NCBI GenBank assembly: GCA_944320495.1 | Contig: CALUHR010000013.1 | Span: forward strand, 384,001-448,000 | Length of the DNA: 64,000 nucleotides | Direction of reading: 5' to 3' | From: Candidatus Methanomethylophilaceae archaeon | Lineage (GTDB): Archaea; Thermoplasmatota; Thermoplasmata; Methanomassiliicoccales; Methanomethylophilaceae | Part shown: positions 40,701-51,250 of the stretch, piece after piece | Layout of the letters: the number at the start of each line of letters is the position of its first letter | How positions within the stretch are numbered: the first letter of the stretch is position 1 | Program-made: the position numbers and the translations under genes | Notes under the pieces: model-generated | What the model was told of the DNA's origin: nothing | Databases searched by the model: none | The model's input: the letters and a program-made list of their open reading frames with translations, nothing else

Positions 40701-42185
40701 CCCCCACATCACGACATCTACTCCATCGAGGACCTGAAGCAGCTGATCCACGACCTGAAGTGCGTCAACCCGCGCGCCAGGATAAGCGTCAAGCTCGTCT
40801 CCGAGACGGGCATAGGGACCGTCGCCGCCGGCGTGGCGAAGGCAGGTGCGGACGCGATCGTGGTCTGCGGGGCCGACGGCGGGACGGGCGCCAGTCCGCT
40901 CTCGTCGATGCGCTACGCGGGGGCCCCCTGGGAGACGGGGCTGTCCGAGGTCCAGCAGGCGCTCGTCGCCAACGGGCTGAGGGACAGGGTCGCCGTGCAG
41001 GTGGACGGCCAGCTCAGGACCGGCCGCGACGTGATCGTGGCGGCGCTCATGGGGGCGGAGGAGTTCGGCTTCGCCACCGCACCGATGATCGCGATGGGCT
41101 GCGTCATGTGCAGGAAGTGCCAGACCAACACCTGCCCCGTCGGCATAGCCACCCAGGACCCCTCCAGGACGGCGAAGTTCGCCGGCACCGCCGACGACGT
41201 GAGGAACTACTGGAGGCTCCTGGCCGAGGACGTCCGCGGGAGGCTCGCCGCCATGGGCTTCACATCCCTCGGCGACATCATCGGGAGGACGGACCTGCTG
41301 TGCAGGAGATCCGTCGGCGGAAGGTCGGACTCGCTGGACCTGGGCCCGATGCTCGTCCGTCCCGAAGGGCCGGCCAGCCTCGGGGCCGGCCAGCCAGAGG
41401 AGGACCTAGGACAGATCGACAGGATGGTGATCGGATACGCCGAGGACGCGCTTTCCGGCGGCGGGCCCGTGGAGCTCTCCTGCCCGATAGCGAACACGGA
41501 TCGCTCGGTGGGCGCCATGCTCGCCGGCGAGGCGGTCAGGAGAGGGGCGAAGCTGTCCGACGGCGCGATCCGCGTGACGTTCACCGGGGCGGCGGGCCAG
41601 AGTTTCGGCGCGTTCCTCGTGCCCGGCATCGAGTTCCGCCTCAGGGGAGTGGCCAACGACTACGTCGGCAAGGGGCTGTCCGGAGGCCGCATCATCGTCA
41701 CGCCGGACGGGGACGCCTCCGAGGGCAACGTCATCGCGGGGAACACCCTGATGTACGGGGCGACGTCGGGCGAGCTGTACGTCGCCGGTTCCGTCGGCGA
41801 GAGGTTCTGCGTCAGGAACAGCGGCGCCGTGGCCGTCTGCGAGGGCGCCGGCGACCACTGCTGCGAGTACATGACAGGAGGCAGGGTCGTGGTCCTCGGG
41901 CGCTGCGGCAGGAACTTCGCCGCGGGGATGTCCGCGGGCATAGCGTACGTCTACGACGAGGACGGCGACTTCGACAGGCACTGCAACATGGACCTGGTGG
42001 AGCTCAGTCTCGTGGAGTCCGGGCAGGACGTCGCCGAACTGAGGTCCATCATAGAGAACCACCGCCGCCTGACCGGATCACCGACGGCGGGACGCATCCT
42101 GGAGCATTGGGACGAGGAGCTGCCGAGGTTCCTCAAGGTCATACCCGTCGGCTACAAGCTCCTGCTGGAGCAGTCCTCGGAGTGA
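37779..42185 (+). CDS. gltB: Glutamate synthase large subunit (full-length bacterial type)
   Basis: CGVG N-terminal Cys, HSRFSTNT, EPWDGPA, QVTNPPID, GAKPGEGG, CVMCRKCQTNTCPVG and GXGXG domain. Confidence 0.97.
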   Translation: MSGRDYGGLYDTEDARDSCGVGLVVDIGGRRSHSVVEKGLRLIEGMAHRGAENGDGRSGDGAGILVQIPHGFVSSLGIPVPEAGRYGTGLVFLPKDRDQGDALLAVLEGICAEHAVSVIAVREVPVDHTVPGPMALEGEPRIVQVFASSYDSQETLERKLFVIRKTAGNRIAASDMPGRDGFYICSLSTRTMVYKGMLTPEQLRAYYPDLSDPMFESAIAMVHSRFSTNTLPAWKLAQPFRMLCHNGEINTIRANRAWMGAREGVLSAPALPRSDGIFPVVQAGMSDSASLDNVFEFLTMAGKSMPNALSIMIPESWNDRNPIPDSLKAYYEYHSIMMEPWDGPAAVMFTDGVLAGGMLDRNGLRPARYAVTADGEFILASEAGIIRRMPGETIETGRIRPGKMILVDTSEGRILRDSEIKEVLASAYPYRDWLERNRLDLDRLSSGRQVGRAVEDLTVMESRFGYTAEDIDRIIAPMVSGGKEPVGSAAYDAPLAVLSDRPQSLFSYFRQLFAQVTNPPIDPIREELVMSITGYVGSVSQSILDPTPRNCKVVKVRHPVITNRELDLLRNLRYRGFDAVTIDTTFPAAGGPGALGPEIDRVCREAERAVDDGNAFVILSDRAVSAERAPMPSLLALSAVHQHLLSRKKRMQTALVVESGEPREVMHFALLIGYGANAVNPYLALAAAEELSDSGRIRMDADAAEASYIRAVEKGLLKVMSKMGVATIRSYRGSGLFEAVGISHEVADRYFGGASSEVSGVGPDGIAADYLRMHASAGGELEDAGVYSYRKDGERHSWSPEVVRALRQAARSGDPDDYARFADAADRGLFHIRDLLEIREGDPVPIGSVESAESIMHRFEAAAISFGAISRQAHETLAEAMNSLGCRSNTGEGGEDEARFGPLPGGRSRRSAVKQVASGRFGVTAAYLVDADDIQIKVAQGAKPGEGGQLMGFKVDAAIAAVRHTIPGVTLISPPPHHDIYSIEDLKQLIHDLKCVNPRARISVKLVSETGIGTVAAGVAKAGADAIVVCGADGGTGASPLSSMRYAGAPWETGLSEVQQALVANGLRDRVAVQVDGQLRTGRDVIVAALMGAEEFGFATAPMIAMGCVMCRKCQTNTCPVGIATQDPSRTAKFAGTADDVRNYWRLLAEDVRGRLAAMGFTSLGDIIGRTDLLCRRSVGGRSDSLDLGPMLVRPEGPASLGAGQPEEDLGQIDRMVIGYAEDALSGGGPVELSCPIANTDRSVGAMLAGEAVRRGAKLSDGAIRVTFTGAAGQSFGAFLVPGIEFRLRGVANDYVGKGLSGGRIIVTPDGDASEGNVIAGNTLMYGATSGELYVAGSVGERFCVRNSGAVAVCEGAGDHCCEYMTGGRVVVLGRCGRNFAAGMSAGIAYVYDEDGDFDRHCNMDLVELSLVESGQDVAELRSIIENHRRLTGSPTAGRILEHWDEELPRFLKVIPVGYKLLLEQSSE

Positions 42186-42188
42186 CGC

Positions 42189-42210
42189 GGACGGGGTCCA
42201 GACCCCGTCC
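42189..42210 (+). terminator. GC-rich hairpin after gltB
   Basis: ggacggggtc-ca-gaccccgtcc, 3 nt after the stop. Confidence 0.55.
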
Positions 42211-42293
42211 GGCCTCCGTCGGGGGCCAGCCGACCGAGTGCTCCTCAAACCCTTTCCCTTTCCGCGCCCCTTTAGAAGGGGGACCAATCAAGC

Positions 42294-42300
42294 TTATATA
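42294..42300 (+). promoter_or_regulatory. TATA box of the thermosome gene
   Basis: TTATATA about 60 nt upstream of the ATG. Confidence 0.5.
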
Positions 42301-42360
42301 GAAGTTCTAACATAAGCGGGTTTAGAAGTCCGTACTATCGGATCATTCGGAGGAACTAAT

Positions 42361-43989
42361 ATGGGAATGGGCAACGCACCCGTCATCATCCTCAGGGAAG
42401 GAACCAAGAGAGAGAAGGGCAAAGACGCTCAGTTCAACAACATCGCCGCCGCCATGGCGATCTCCGACGCCGTCAGGTCCAGCCTGGGACCCCGCGGCAT
42501 GGACAAGATGCTCGTCGACTCCGTCGGCGACGTCGTCATCACCAACGACGGTGTGACCATCCTGAAGGAGATGGACGTCCAGCACCCCGCGGCCAAGATG
42601 CTCGTCGAGGTCGCCAAGACCCAGGACGCCGAGGTCGGGGACGGAACCACCACCAGCGTCATCCTCGCCGGTGAGTTCCTGAAGAAGGCCAGGGACCTGA
42701 TCGACGCCAACGTCCACCCCACGATCATCGCCAAGGGATACAGGATGGCCAACGAGAAGGCCCAGGAGGTCCTCAAGGCCAAGTCCATGAAGGTCGCCCT
42801 CGAGGACACCGAGACCCTGAAGCTGATCGCCCAGACCGCCATGATCTCCAAACAGGTCAACTCCTGCAAAGAGGAGTTCTCCGACCTGGTCGTGGACGCG
42901 GTCAGGACCGTCGTCGACAAGGACAAGGACGGCAACTACACCATCGACCTGAAGAACATCCAGACGGTGAAGAAGGAGGGCGCCAGCATGGAGAACTCCT
43001 ACATCGTCAAGGGCCTCATCATCGACAAGGAGCCCGTCCAGACCAGCATGCCCAAGTTCGTCAAGGACGCCAAGATCGCCCTGATCGACGCCGCCTTCGA
43101 GGTCAAGAAGACAGAGATCGACGCCAAGATCCAGATCAGCGACCCCAACATGCTCAGCCAGTTCGTCGCCGAGGAGGAGAACATGCTCAGGGAGATGGTG
43201 GCCAAGGTCAAGGCCTCCGGAGCCAACGTCGTGTTCTGCCAGAAGGGAATCGACGACCTCGCCCAGCACTTCCTCGCCAAGGAGGGCATCTACGCCTGCA
43301 GGCGCGTCAAGAAGTCCGACATGGAGAGGCTCGGAAGGTCCACCGGCGCCAACATCGTCAACAAGATCAGCGAGATCACCGCCGACGACCTCGGATACGC
43401 CGAGACCGTCGAGCTCAAGAAGGTCGAGGACGAGGACATGACCTTCATCACCGGCGTCAAGGAGCCCAAGACCGTGTCCGTGCTCGTCCGCGGAGGAACC
43501 AAGCACGTCGCCGACGAGGTCGAGAGGTCCCTCGTGGACGCCTGGTCCGTCGTCAGGGTCGCCATCGAGGACGGCATGATGGTCACCGGCGGAGGATCCA
43601 CCGCCATGGAGATCGCCATGCAGCTCCGCGACTACGCCGCCTCCGTCGGAGGACGCGAGCAGATCGCCATCGAGGCCTACGCCTCCGCCATGGAGAGCAT
43701 CCCCAGGACCCTGGCCGAGAACGCCGGACTGGACCCGATCGACATCCTCATCGAGATGAGGAAGCAGCACAAGGGCGGCAACATCTACGCCGGTCTCAAT
43801 CCCTACACCGGCAAGGTGGAGGACATGAAGGCCCTGAACGTCATCGAGCCCTACAGGATCGGCAAACAGGCCATCAACTCGGCCACCGACGCCGCCGTCA
43901 TGATCCTCAGGATCGACGACGTCATCGCGTCCAAGGCCAGCCCCATGCCCCAGGTCGGCGAGGGCGGAATGCCCCCCGGAATGGAGTGA
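42361..43989 (+). CDS. ths: Thermosome subunit (group II chaperonin)
   Basis: LGPRGMDKML, TNDGVTIL, GDGTTT, LAENAGLDP. Confidence 0.97.
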   Translation: MGMGNAPVIILREGTKREKGKDAQFNNIAAAMAISDAVRSSLGPRGMDKMLVDSVGDVVITNDGVTILKEMDVQHPAAKMLVEVAKTQDAEVGDGTTTSVILAGEFLKKARDLIDANVHPTIIAKGYRMANEKAQEVLKAKSMKVALEDTETLKLIAQTAMISKQVNSCKEEFSDLVVDAVRTVVDKDKDGNYTIDLKNIQTVKKEGASMENSYIVKGLIIDKEPVQTSMPKFVKDAKIALIDAAFEVKKTEIDAKIQISDPNMLSQFVAEEENMLREMVAKVKASGANVVFCQKGIDDLAQHFLAKEGIYACRRVKKSDMERLGRSTGANIVNKISEITADDLGYAETVELKKVEDEDMTFITGVKEPKTVSVLVRGGTKHVADEVERSLVDAWSVVRVAIEDGMMVTGGGSTAMEIAMQLRDYAASVGGREQIAIEAYASAMESIPRTLAENAGLDPIDILIEMRKQHKGGNIYAGLNPYTGKVEDMKALNVIEPYRIGKQAINSATDAAVMILRIDDVIASKASPMPQVGEGGMPPGME

Positions 43990-44069
43990 AAACCGAACAA
44001 ACGATCGAACAAACCGGGGGGCCCAGCCCCCCCATTAACCCGTTGTGAACACACTCAAAGGCGATACCC

Positions 44070-44627
44070 ATGACCGGAAGGAAGGACAAGTCCGAGGAGA
44101 TCCAGGCCGAGGCCGAGGCCCCCAGGGACCTGGAGGCGGAGCTGAGGCAGGCGCAGGAGAAGGCCGACCAGTACCTGGACATGGCCCGTCGCCTGCAGGC
44201 CGACTTCGACAACTACCGCAAGAGGACCCAGCGCGAGAACGAGGAGTACAGGAAGTACGCCTGTTCGTCCATCGTGCAGGACCTGCTCACGGTGGTCGAC
44301 GACCTAGACAGGGCGCTGGCGAACGCCGGCGAGGACACGGTCTTCGTGCAGGGCGTCCGCGGCGTCAGGTCCAACCTGATGAAGGTCCTGGAGGCCAACG
44401 GCCTGAAGGAGGTCCCCGCCGAGGGGAGGTTCGACCCCGACTACCACGAGGCGCTCTGCGCCGTGGACGGGGACGAGGACGGCATGATCGCCGAGGTGTT
44501 CCAGAAGGGCTACACCCTGAACGGGAAGGTAGTGCGTTACGCCAAGGTGAAGGTAACGAGGAAGGCGGAGCCGCAGGCGCCCGAGCAGGCGCCGGAGGCC
44601 CCGGAAGTAGAGGATCGCAAGGAGTGA
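44070..44627 (+). CDS. grpE: Nucleotide exchange factor GrpE
   Basis: [38 protein letters not shown]. Confidence 0.96.
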   Translation: MTGRKDKSEEIQAEAEAPRDLEAELRQAQEKADQYLDMARRLQADFDNYRKRTQRENEEYRKYACSSIVQDLLTVVDDLDRALANAGEDTVFVQGVRGVRSNLMKVLEANGLKEVPAEGRFDPDYHEALCAVDGDEDGMIAEVFQKGYTLNGKVVRYAKVKVTRKAEPQAPEQAPEAPEVEDRKE

Positions 44628-44632
44628 TTGAA

Positions 44633-46507
44633 ATGTCAAGGATAATCGGAATAGATCTCGGAACAAGCAACTCCGCCGCCTCCGTCATGGAGGGCGGCAG
44701 GCCGACAATGATCCCCAGCGCCGAGGGTACCAGCGTGGGAGGGAAATCGTTCCCCTCGTACGTCGCGTTCACCAAGGACGGACAGCTCCTGGTCGGAGAG
44801 CCCGCCAGGAGGCAGGCCGTCACCAACCCGGACGGGACCATCAAGAACGTCAAGAGGAAGATGGGGTCCAGCGAGAAGGTGACCGCTCTCGGGAAAGAGT
44901 ACACCCCTCAGCAGATCTCCGCCTTCATCCTGCAGAAGATCAAGAAGGACGCCGAGTCCTACCTCGGCGAGACGATCGACAAGGCCGTCATCACCGTTCC
45001 CGCCTACTTCAACGACAACCAGAGGCAGGCCACCAAGGACGCCGGTGCCATCGCCGGCCTCGACGTCGTCCGTATCATCAACGAGCCGACCGCGGCCGCC
45101 CTGGCCTACGGTCTCGACAAATCCGATGTGGAGCAGAAGATCATGGTCTTCGACCTCGGAGGCGGGACCCTCGATGTCACCATCATGGACTTCAGCGACG
45201 GCGTGTTCGAGGTGCTGTCCACCTCAGGGGACACCCAGCTGGGAGGGTCCGACATGGACGAGGCCCTCACCAGGTACGTCATCGGAGAGTTCCAGAAGGA
45301 GACCGGGATCGATCTCGCGAAGGACAACATGGCGTTCTGGAGGGTGCGCGAGGCCTGCGAGAAGGCCAAGATCGAGCTGTCCACCACGATGCAGACCGAG
45401 ATCAACCTCCCGTTCATCGCATCCGACGCGTCCGGCCCGAAGCACCTGATCCAGACCATCACCCGCGCCAAGCTGGAGGAGCTCGTGGAGCCCATCGTCA
45501 GCCGCTGCAAGGGGCCGATGGAGCAGGCCATGAGCGATGCCAAGCTCTCCTCCGACAGGATCGACAAGATCATCATGGTCGGCGGACCCACAAGGATGCC
45601 CATCGTCCAGAACTTCGTCGAGTCCGTGGTCGGACCCAAGATCCAGCGCGGCATCGACCCCATGGAGTGCGTGTCCATGGGAGCCGCCATCCAGGGAGCC
45701 GTCCTGTCCGGAGAGGTCAAGGACGTCCTGCTCCTGGACGTCACCCCCCTGAGCCTCGGCATCGAGACCCTCGGAGGCGTCGCCACCAAGCTGATCGACA
45801 GGAACACCACCATCCCGACCAAGAAGTCGCAGGTGTTCTCCACCGCCGTGGACAACCAGCCCTCCGTCGAGATCAACGTCGTGCAGGGAGAGAGGCCCAT
45901 GGCCGCCGACAACACATCCCTCGGCAGGTTCGTGCTCGACGGCATACCGCCCGCACCCCGCGGCATCCCTCAGATCGAGGTCACATTCGACATCGATGCG
46001 AACGGCATCATCAACGTCTCCGCCAAGGACAAGGGCACCGGGAAGGAGCAGAAGATCACCATCGCGTCCTCCAACAAGCTCAGCAAGGAGGAGATCGACG
46101 AGCTGGTCAAGCAGGCCGAGAAGTTCGCCGACGCGGACAAGAGGAAGATGGAGCTCGTCGACATGCACAACCAGGCCGAGACCTCCATCTACAGCGTCCG
46201 CAAGTCCCTGGACGAGCTGGGCGACAAGGTCACCCAGCAGGAGCGCATGACCATCGACCAGGCCATCTCCGACCTGGAGGCGGCCAACAAGGGCGACAAC
46301 GTGGACGAGATCAAGTCCAAGATGGACGCCCTGATGAAGGCCATGGCGCCGATCAGCCAGAGGATCTACCAGGACGCGCAGCAGCAGGCCGGGGCCCAGC
46401 AGGGAGCCCAGCAGGGTGCGCAGTCCGGAGCCGGGCAGCAGTCGCAGGAGAAGAAGTCCGACGACGGCTACGTCGATGCGGACTACAAGATCGTCGACGA
46501 CGAGTGA
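44633..46507 (+). CDS. dnaK: Chaperone DnaK (Hsp70)
   Basis: [37 protein letters not shown]. Confidence 0.98.
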   Translation: MSRIIGIDLGTSNSAASVMEGGRPTMIPSAEGTSVGGKSFPSYVAFTKDGQLLVGEPARRQAVTNPDGTIKNVKRKMGSSEKVTALGKEYTPQQISAFILQKIKKDAESYLGETIDKAVITVPAYFNDNQRQATKDAGAIAGLDVVRIINEPTAAALAYGLDKSDVEQKIMVFDLGGGTLDVTIMDFSDGVFEVLSTSGDTQLGGSDMDEALTRYVIGEFQKETGIDLAKDNMAFWRVREACEKAKIELSTTMQTEINLPFIASDASGPKHLIQTITRAKLEELVEPIVSRCKGPMEQAMSDAKLSSDRIDKIIMVGGPTRMPIVQNFVESVVGPKIQRGIDPMECVSMGAAIQGAVLSGEVKDVLLLDVTPLSLGIETLGGVATKLIDRNTTIPTKKSQVFSTAVDNQPSVEINVVQGERPMAADNTSLGRFVLDGIPPAPRGIPQIEVTFDIDANGIINVSAKDKGTGKEQKITIASSNKLSKEEIDELVKQAEKFADADKRKMELVDMHNQAETSIYSVRKSLDELGDKVTQQERMTIDQAISDLEAANKGDNVDEIKSKMDALMKAMAPISQRIYQDAQQQAGAQQGAQQGAQSGAGQQSQEKKSDDGYVDADYKIVDDE

Positions 46508-46521
46508 GGGGGCCGAGCGGT

Positions 46522-47685
46522 ATGCCGAGGGACTACTACGAGGTGCTTGGGGTCGCCAAGGACTCCTCGCCGGACGAGATCAAGAAGGCGTACCGCACAC
46601 TCGCCAAGAAGTACCACCCGGACGTGTCCACCGAGCCTAAGGAGGTCGCCGAGGCCAAGTTCAAGGAGATCTCCGAGGCGTACGAGGTGCTGTCCGATCC
46701 CGAGAAGAGGAAGCTCTACGACCAGTACGGGCACGAGGGGGTCAAGAACTCCTTCGGCCAGGACGGGTTCACGTGGGACGACTTCACCAGAGCGGACGAC
46801 ATCTCGGACATATTCGGGGACATCTTCGGCAGCATGTTCGGTGGCGGGTTCGGGGGCCGCGGATCGCGGCGCTCCCGCAACGCGCCCCAGCAGGGCGACT
46901 CCCTCAGGTACGACCTGGAGGTCACCCTGGAGGACGTGCTCAACGGCAAGAAGGTCAACATCGACGTTCCCCACTCGATCGTCTGCGACGAGTGCAAAGG
47001 CACCGGTGGCAAGGGCGGCAAGGTCACCACCTGCAAGACCTGCGGAGGGCAGGGCCAGGTCCAGAAGGTCATGAGGGGCCCGTTCGGCAACATGGTCTCC
47101 ATCTCCGACTGCCCCGACTGCAGGGGTCGCGGCACCACCTTCGAGGAGCGCTGCCCCAACTGCCGCGGGACCGGCCGCATCACGAAGGAGGCCAAGATCT
47201 CCCTCAACATCCCCAAGGGCGTCGACGACGGCGTCAGGCTGAGGGTCACCGGGGAGGGCAACGCCGGATACAACGGCGGGCCCGCAGGCGACCTCTTCGT
47301 GATAATCCACGTGAAGGAGGACAGGGTCTTCGACCGCGACGGCCCGAACCTCTGGACCGGCGTGACCGTCTCTTACCCCAAGCTCGTGCTCGGCGGCGAG
47401 GAGAAGGTGAAGACCCTGGAGGGCGAGACCGTCGCCCTGAAGATCCCCGCCGGGACCGACGTGGGCACCGTGCTCCGCATACCCGGCAAGGGCCTGCCGA
47501 GGATGAACTCCTCGTCCAGGGGCGACCTGCTGGTCCGCGTGGCCGTGGACATACCCAAGAGGGTCACCGCCGAGCAGAGGGAGCTCCTCACCAAGCTGGA
47601 CTCCTCCGCCGGCTCCAAGGCCAGGAAGGGCAAGTCCAAGCTCAGGGATAAGATCCAGGACACGATCGAAGACCTTACGAACTGA
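46522..47685 (+). CDS. dnaJ: Chaperone DnaJ
   Basis: J-domain HPD, G/F-rich region, four CxxCxGxG repeats. Confidence 0.97.
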   Translation: MPRDYYEVLGVAKDSSPDEIKKAYRTLAKKYHPDVSTEPKEVAEAKFKEISEAYEVLSDPEKRKLYDQYGHEGVKNSFGQDGFTWDDFTRADDISDIFGDIFGSMFGGGFGGRGSRRSRNAPQQGDSLRYDLEVTLEDVLNGKKVNIDVPHSIVCDECKGTGGKGGKVTTCKTCGGQGQVQKVMRGPFGNMVSISDCPDCRGRGTTFEERCPNCRGTGRITKEAKISLNIPKGVDDGVRLRVTGEGNAGYNGGPAGDLFVIIHVKEDRVFDRDGPNLWTGVTVSYPKLVLGGEEKVKTLEGETVALKIPAGTDVGTVLRIPGKGLPRMNSSSRGDLLVRVAVDIPKRVTAEQRELLTKLDSSAGSKARKGKSKLRDKIQDTIEDLTN

Positions 47686-47689
47686 AACC

Positions 47690-47710
47690 GACGGGGGCTA
47701 CGCCCCCGTC
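47690..47710 (+). terminator. Hairpin after dnaJ
   Basis: gacgggggc-tac-gcccccgtc directly after the stop. Confidence 0.6.
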
Positions 47711-48036
47711 ATCTCCTCCGTACGCGGTCGCGGACGGACATTCTATCGGATACGGATCAGCGCCCGACCGCATGCGCACGTCTCCCATCCCAGTCGGACA
47801 ATCCAGATCGCAGCTGCAAGTCCGGAGCGGGCTCCCCGATCAGATGAGAGGGCCCCGGACCACTGGGCCTTCACATCGGAGCAGGAGGTGTACCACCTCC
47901 GCCTCGAGGACAGTGTCAGGTCGGGGACGGCAGGCTCTCAGAGGATCACGGGGGACCCGTCGAAGAGTGTTCGACGGGTCGTGAGAAGCATCGCCGGGCG
48001 GGGGAACCCTCCCGGCGCGGCCGGCATCGCCGGCCT

Positions 48037-48534
48037 TCACTGGTAGACCTTGTGTCCCGGCTCGGCGGAGTGGTACTTGCCGGTCCTGGACTCGGGCACA
48101 ATCTCGAAGATCCCGGTGGGCGGGACCCTCTTCGCGTCGATCTCGTCCATCCTCCTCTCGGGGGTCAGCTTGTCGACGGTGGCCCTGAGGATCCTCATCT
48201 TCTCCGCATCATCCTCGATCGTCCTCACCTTTCCGCGGATGATGACGCACTCGTAGAGCGACGTGGTGTTGCAGGCGCCGTCGTCACACCTCTCGAATCC
48301 CTGTTCCTCCACGACGGTGAAGCAGCATCTGGGGTCCCTTCTGAGGTTGGAGACCTTCTCGCCGATCTTCCTCCCGTGGAAGAAGATCCTCCCGTCCAGG
48401 ACCACGAAGTTCACAGGGGTACCGTAGGGGTACCCGTCCTCCCCGATGGTGGAGATCACGCCGTAGCGTGACCTCTCCATGAGGGCGTCCATCTGCTCGT
48501 CCGTGAGCTGGTACTTCTGCATGTTGGGCTGCAT
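48037..48534 (-). CDS. Pyridoxamine 5'-phosphate oxidase / NimA-like flavin-binding protein
   Basis: YGVISTIGEDGYPYGTPVNF, FHGRKIGEKV, YECVIIRG. Confidence 0.88.
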   Translation of the reverse strand: MQPNMQKYQLTDEQMDALMERSRYGVISTIGEDGYPYGTPVNFVVLDGRIFFHGRKIGEKVSNLRRDPRCCFTVVEEQGFERCDDGACNTTSLYECVIIRGKVRTIEDDAEKMRILRATVDKLTPERRMDEIDAKRVPPTGIFEIVPESRTGKYHSAEPGHKVYQ

Positions 48535-48661
48535 GGGATTAACATGCGCATGCCGCCTATAAGGCATGCGTGTTGTAAGGACAACACATCCTTCATACGG
48601 TTGCCGTGAAGTCCAGGAACGCGTATATCCGTCCCCGTGGATGACATCCATAGGATTTACC

Positions 48662-49273
48662 ATGGACATCATCTCGTTCGTATCTGTGGCGCTCTCGATA
48701 TTCCTGGTGATGAACCCGTTCTCCAGCATTCCTACGTTCCTGTCGATCACGGACGGGGTGGACCACGATACGCTGAGGAGCTATGCCAACCGCGCGGTAG
48801 TCGTGGCCGGGGTCCTCCTGTTCGCGTTCATATTCATCGGGGAGCCGCTGATGTCCCTGTTCGGTGTCACCATGGAGAGCTTCAGGGTGGCCGGAGGTGT
48901 GATCCTCGTGCTGATGGGGGCGGAGCTGGTGTTCGGCCTCCATCTCGGGAAGATGGACGACAAGAAGGATGCGCCGTGGATCATAGTGGCCACGCCGATC
49001 ATGACGGGCCCCGGAGTCATAACAGCCGCGATCCTGTTCACCCAGGAGTACGGCTACATGGAGGTCGTGCTGGCGGGTCTGCTCGCCCTGCTGGCCACAT
49101 GGGCCCTGCTGAGGCTGTCCCCTTCGATCGTTCGTCTCGTGGGTGAGAACGCCCTGAGCATCACGTCGAAGATCGTCGGACTCCTGCTGGCCGCGCTGGG
49201 GGTGGAGTACATGTTCCAGGGAGCCAACGAATGGGCCTCCATGTACTGGGGCGTCACATCCATGCTGGTGTGA
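48662..49273 (+). CDS. MarC-family membrane protein
   Basis: IFLVMNPFSSIP, SFRVAGG, PIMTGPG, KIVGLLLAALGVE. Confidence 0.93.
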   Translation: MDIISFVSVALSIFLVMNPFSSIPTFLSITDGVDHDTLRSYANRAVVVAGVLLFAFIFIGEPLMSLFGVTMESFRVAGGVILVLMGAELVFGLHLGKMDDKKDAPWIIVATPIMTGPGVITAAILFTQEYGYMEVVLAGLLALLATWALLRLSPSIVRLVGENALSITSKIVGLLLAALGVEYMFQGANEWASMYWGVTSMLV

Positions 49274-50228
49274 CGGACGGGATGCATCCGGAGATCTCCA
49301 GATAGAGGGACTCCGTGGACCTCTCGTCCGCGAGGTTGAACACGGTGACGCCTCCGGAATGGTGCACCACTATGCACGTGCCCACATCCCTGTGAACCGC
49401 GAGATGGTACCTTCCGAACTCGTCGTTCTCGAAGTTCCCCGAGAGATACTTCGAGTTGCCCAGTCCGCCCACGCGGGAGCCGTAGTCCATGTCCTCCCTC
49501 AGTTCGACGGATGTGATGGAATCGTAGGGGATGTCCTCGTGGAGCATGGTGGCGTCGATCGAGACGGAGTCGTCGTCCGCAGAGACGTCCACATGGCCGG
49601 CGGTCATGGAGACCGCCAATATGATGACGGTCGCGATGACGGCTATCCCGACGACGATGGCGGTCATCCTCTTGTGCGAGCGGTGGGATCTCTCGGCCGC
49701 CTCCCTGCGGGACGGGTCGACCTCCAGTGACCCCGCCTCCGAGGCCACCTTGACGCTCTGGTACGCGGACAGCGTGGTGGCCTCGTCCACGAGGTTGAAC
49801 GCCGCGTAGCGTTCCCTGCCCTTGAAGGAGTAACGGACGACGACCATGTTCCTGATGCGTGTGTCGCCGGCCAGGGTGTATCCGCCCAGGGTCTTGTTGG
49901 AGAAGTCCCCCGATCCGCGCTTCAGACCCCCGTAGCCCATGACGCGCAGGCCGACATCGAAGTCCTGGACGCAGTCCACCGCCGTGATCGACCGATACGG
50001 GATGTCCAGGTTGGCCATTGGGGCGCGTATCTCGATGCGGTCCTCGGTCAGTCTGACCCAATCGCCCTTGAGTGTCAGGAACGGCACGAACGTGATGACG
50101 AGTCCTACTACCAGCACGATCCAGAACCAGAGCATGGGGAGCCCGACGGCCACGGCCAGGATGACGTCGATGAACACCAACGCCATTCCTGCCGCTATCC
50201 CGGCCCAGATCTTCACGCCGTCCTTCAT
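49254..50228 (-). CDS. Membrane protein with two tandem bacterial-PH-like domains
   Basis: A TM + domain unit occurs twice (RVMGYGG..SGDFSN..GGYTL and RVGGLGN..SGNFEN..GRYHL). Confidence 0.7.
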   Translation of the reverse strand: MKDGVKIWAGIAAGMALVFIDVILAVAVGLPMLWFWIVLVVGLVITFVPFLTLKGDWVRLTEDRIEIRAPMANLDIPYRSITAVDCVQDFDVGLRVMGYGGLKRGSGDFSNKTLGGYTLAGDTRIRNMVVVRYSFKGRERYAAFNLVDEATTLSAYQSVKVASEAGSLEVDPSRREAAERSHRSHKRMTAIVVGIAVIATVIILAVSMTAGHVDVSADDDSVSIDATMLHEDIPYDSITSVELREDMDYGSRVGGLGNSKYLSGNFENDEFGRYHLAVHRDVGTCIVVHHSGGVTVFNLADERSTESLYLEISGCIPSVTPAWM

Positions 50229-50337
50229 GTCCCGGAATCGGCACCTGGTATTAAGAGGGGGGGGGGGGTGCTACAATCCGGATGGTAATCCCGATGCTGT
50301 CTGGAGGGGAGCTCAACAGAGGTGTGATGTGGAGAAA

Positions 50338-50422
50338 TGGCGCCGAGGGAGAGATTCGAACTCCCGAGGGTTACCCCAGCGGTTTTCGAGACCGCCGCCA
50401 TACCGGGCTTGGCTACCTCGGC
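50338..50422 (-). tRNA. tRNA-Ser(CGA)
   Basis: GCCGAGG/CCTCGGC acceptor, loop CTCGAAA, long variable arm, G73, encoded CCA. Confidence 0.95.
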
Positions 50423-50536
50423 CTAGGCGTCCCGACACGATTTCGATATAAATCGTTTTTCGATGCCGGGGGCTGTCGTCCAGCATCGACCCCCGTATAT
50501 ACCCGACAGGCGGATGTCATCGTCGAGGTTTCTATC

Positions 50537-51250
50537 ATGGAATCCGCTTCCATCAGCAAATACGTCGCCGAGCTCATCGGGACCATGGTCCTGACGCTGG
50601 TCGGCTGCGGCGTGGCGGTCGTCGTCGGTTGTGATACGTCCGGCGGTGTCGTCGCGACCGCCCTGGCGTTCGGTCTCTCGGTCGTCGCCATGGCATACTG
50701 CATCGGACGCGTGTCCGGATGTCACATCAACCCCGCGATCACCGTCGGCATGTACCTCGACAAGAGGATGGACGCCAAGGACGCGGTCGGATACATCGTG
50801 TTCCAGTTCATCGGGGCCATCATCGGAGCCGCCATCCTGTGGTTCGTGCTCAGCCAGACCGGGGACGGAGTCACCGGGCTAGGCACAAACGGATACGGCG
50901 TGGCCGTCGACAGCGGCATCTCGCTCGCCGGAGCGCTGGTCGTCGAGGTCGTCATGACATTCATCTTCGTCCTGGCCGCCCTCGGGGTCACCTCCACCAA
51001 GGCGACCTCCGCCCAGGCCGGACTCGTCATCGGTCTGACCCTCGTGCTCGTCCACCTGATGGCCATCGGTCTGACCGGAACATCCGTCAACCCCGCCAGG
51101 TCCTTCGGACCCGCCCTCATGATGCTCGCCGAAGGTTCCACCCTCGCCATCGAGCAGGTCTGGGTCTTCATCGTCGCACCGGTCATCGGAGCGATCATCG
51201 CCGCCCTCGTCTGGAAGGTGCTCAAGCCCGCCGACGAGGAGGAGGCCTGA
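50537..51250 (+). CDS. aqpZ: MIP-family aquaporin
   Basis: SGCHINPAIT and TSVNPARSFG (two NPA boxes). Confidence 0.93.
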   Translation: MESASISKYVAELIGTMVLTLVGCGVAVVVGCDTSGGVVATALAFGLSVVAMAYCIGRVSGCHINPAITVGMYLDKRMDAKDAVGYIVFQFIGAIIGAAILWFVLSQTGDGVTGLGTNGYGVAVDSGISLAGALVVEVVMTFIFVLAALGVTSTKATSAQAGLVIGLTLVLVHLMAIGLTGTSVNPARSFGPALMMLAEGSTLAIEQVWVFIVAPVIGAIIAALVWKVLKPADEEEA

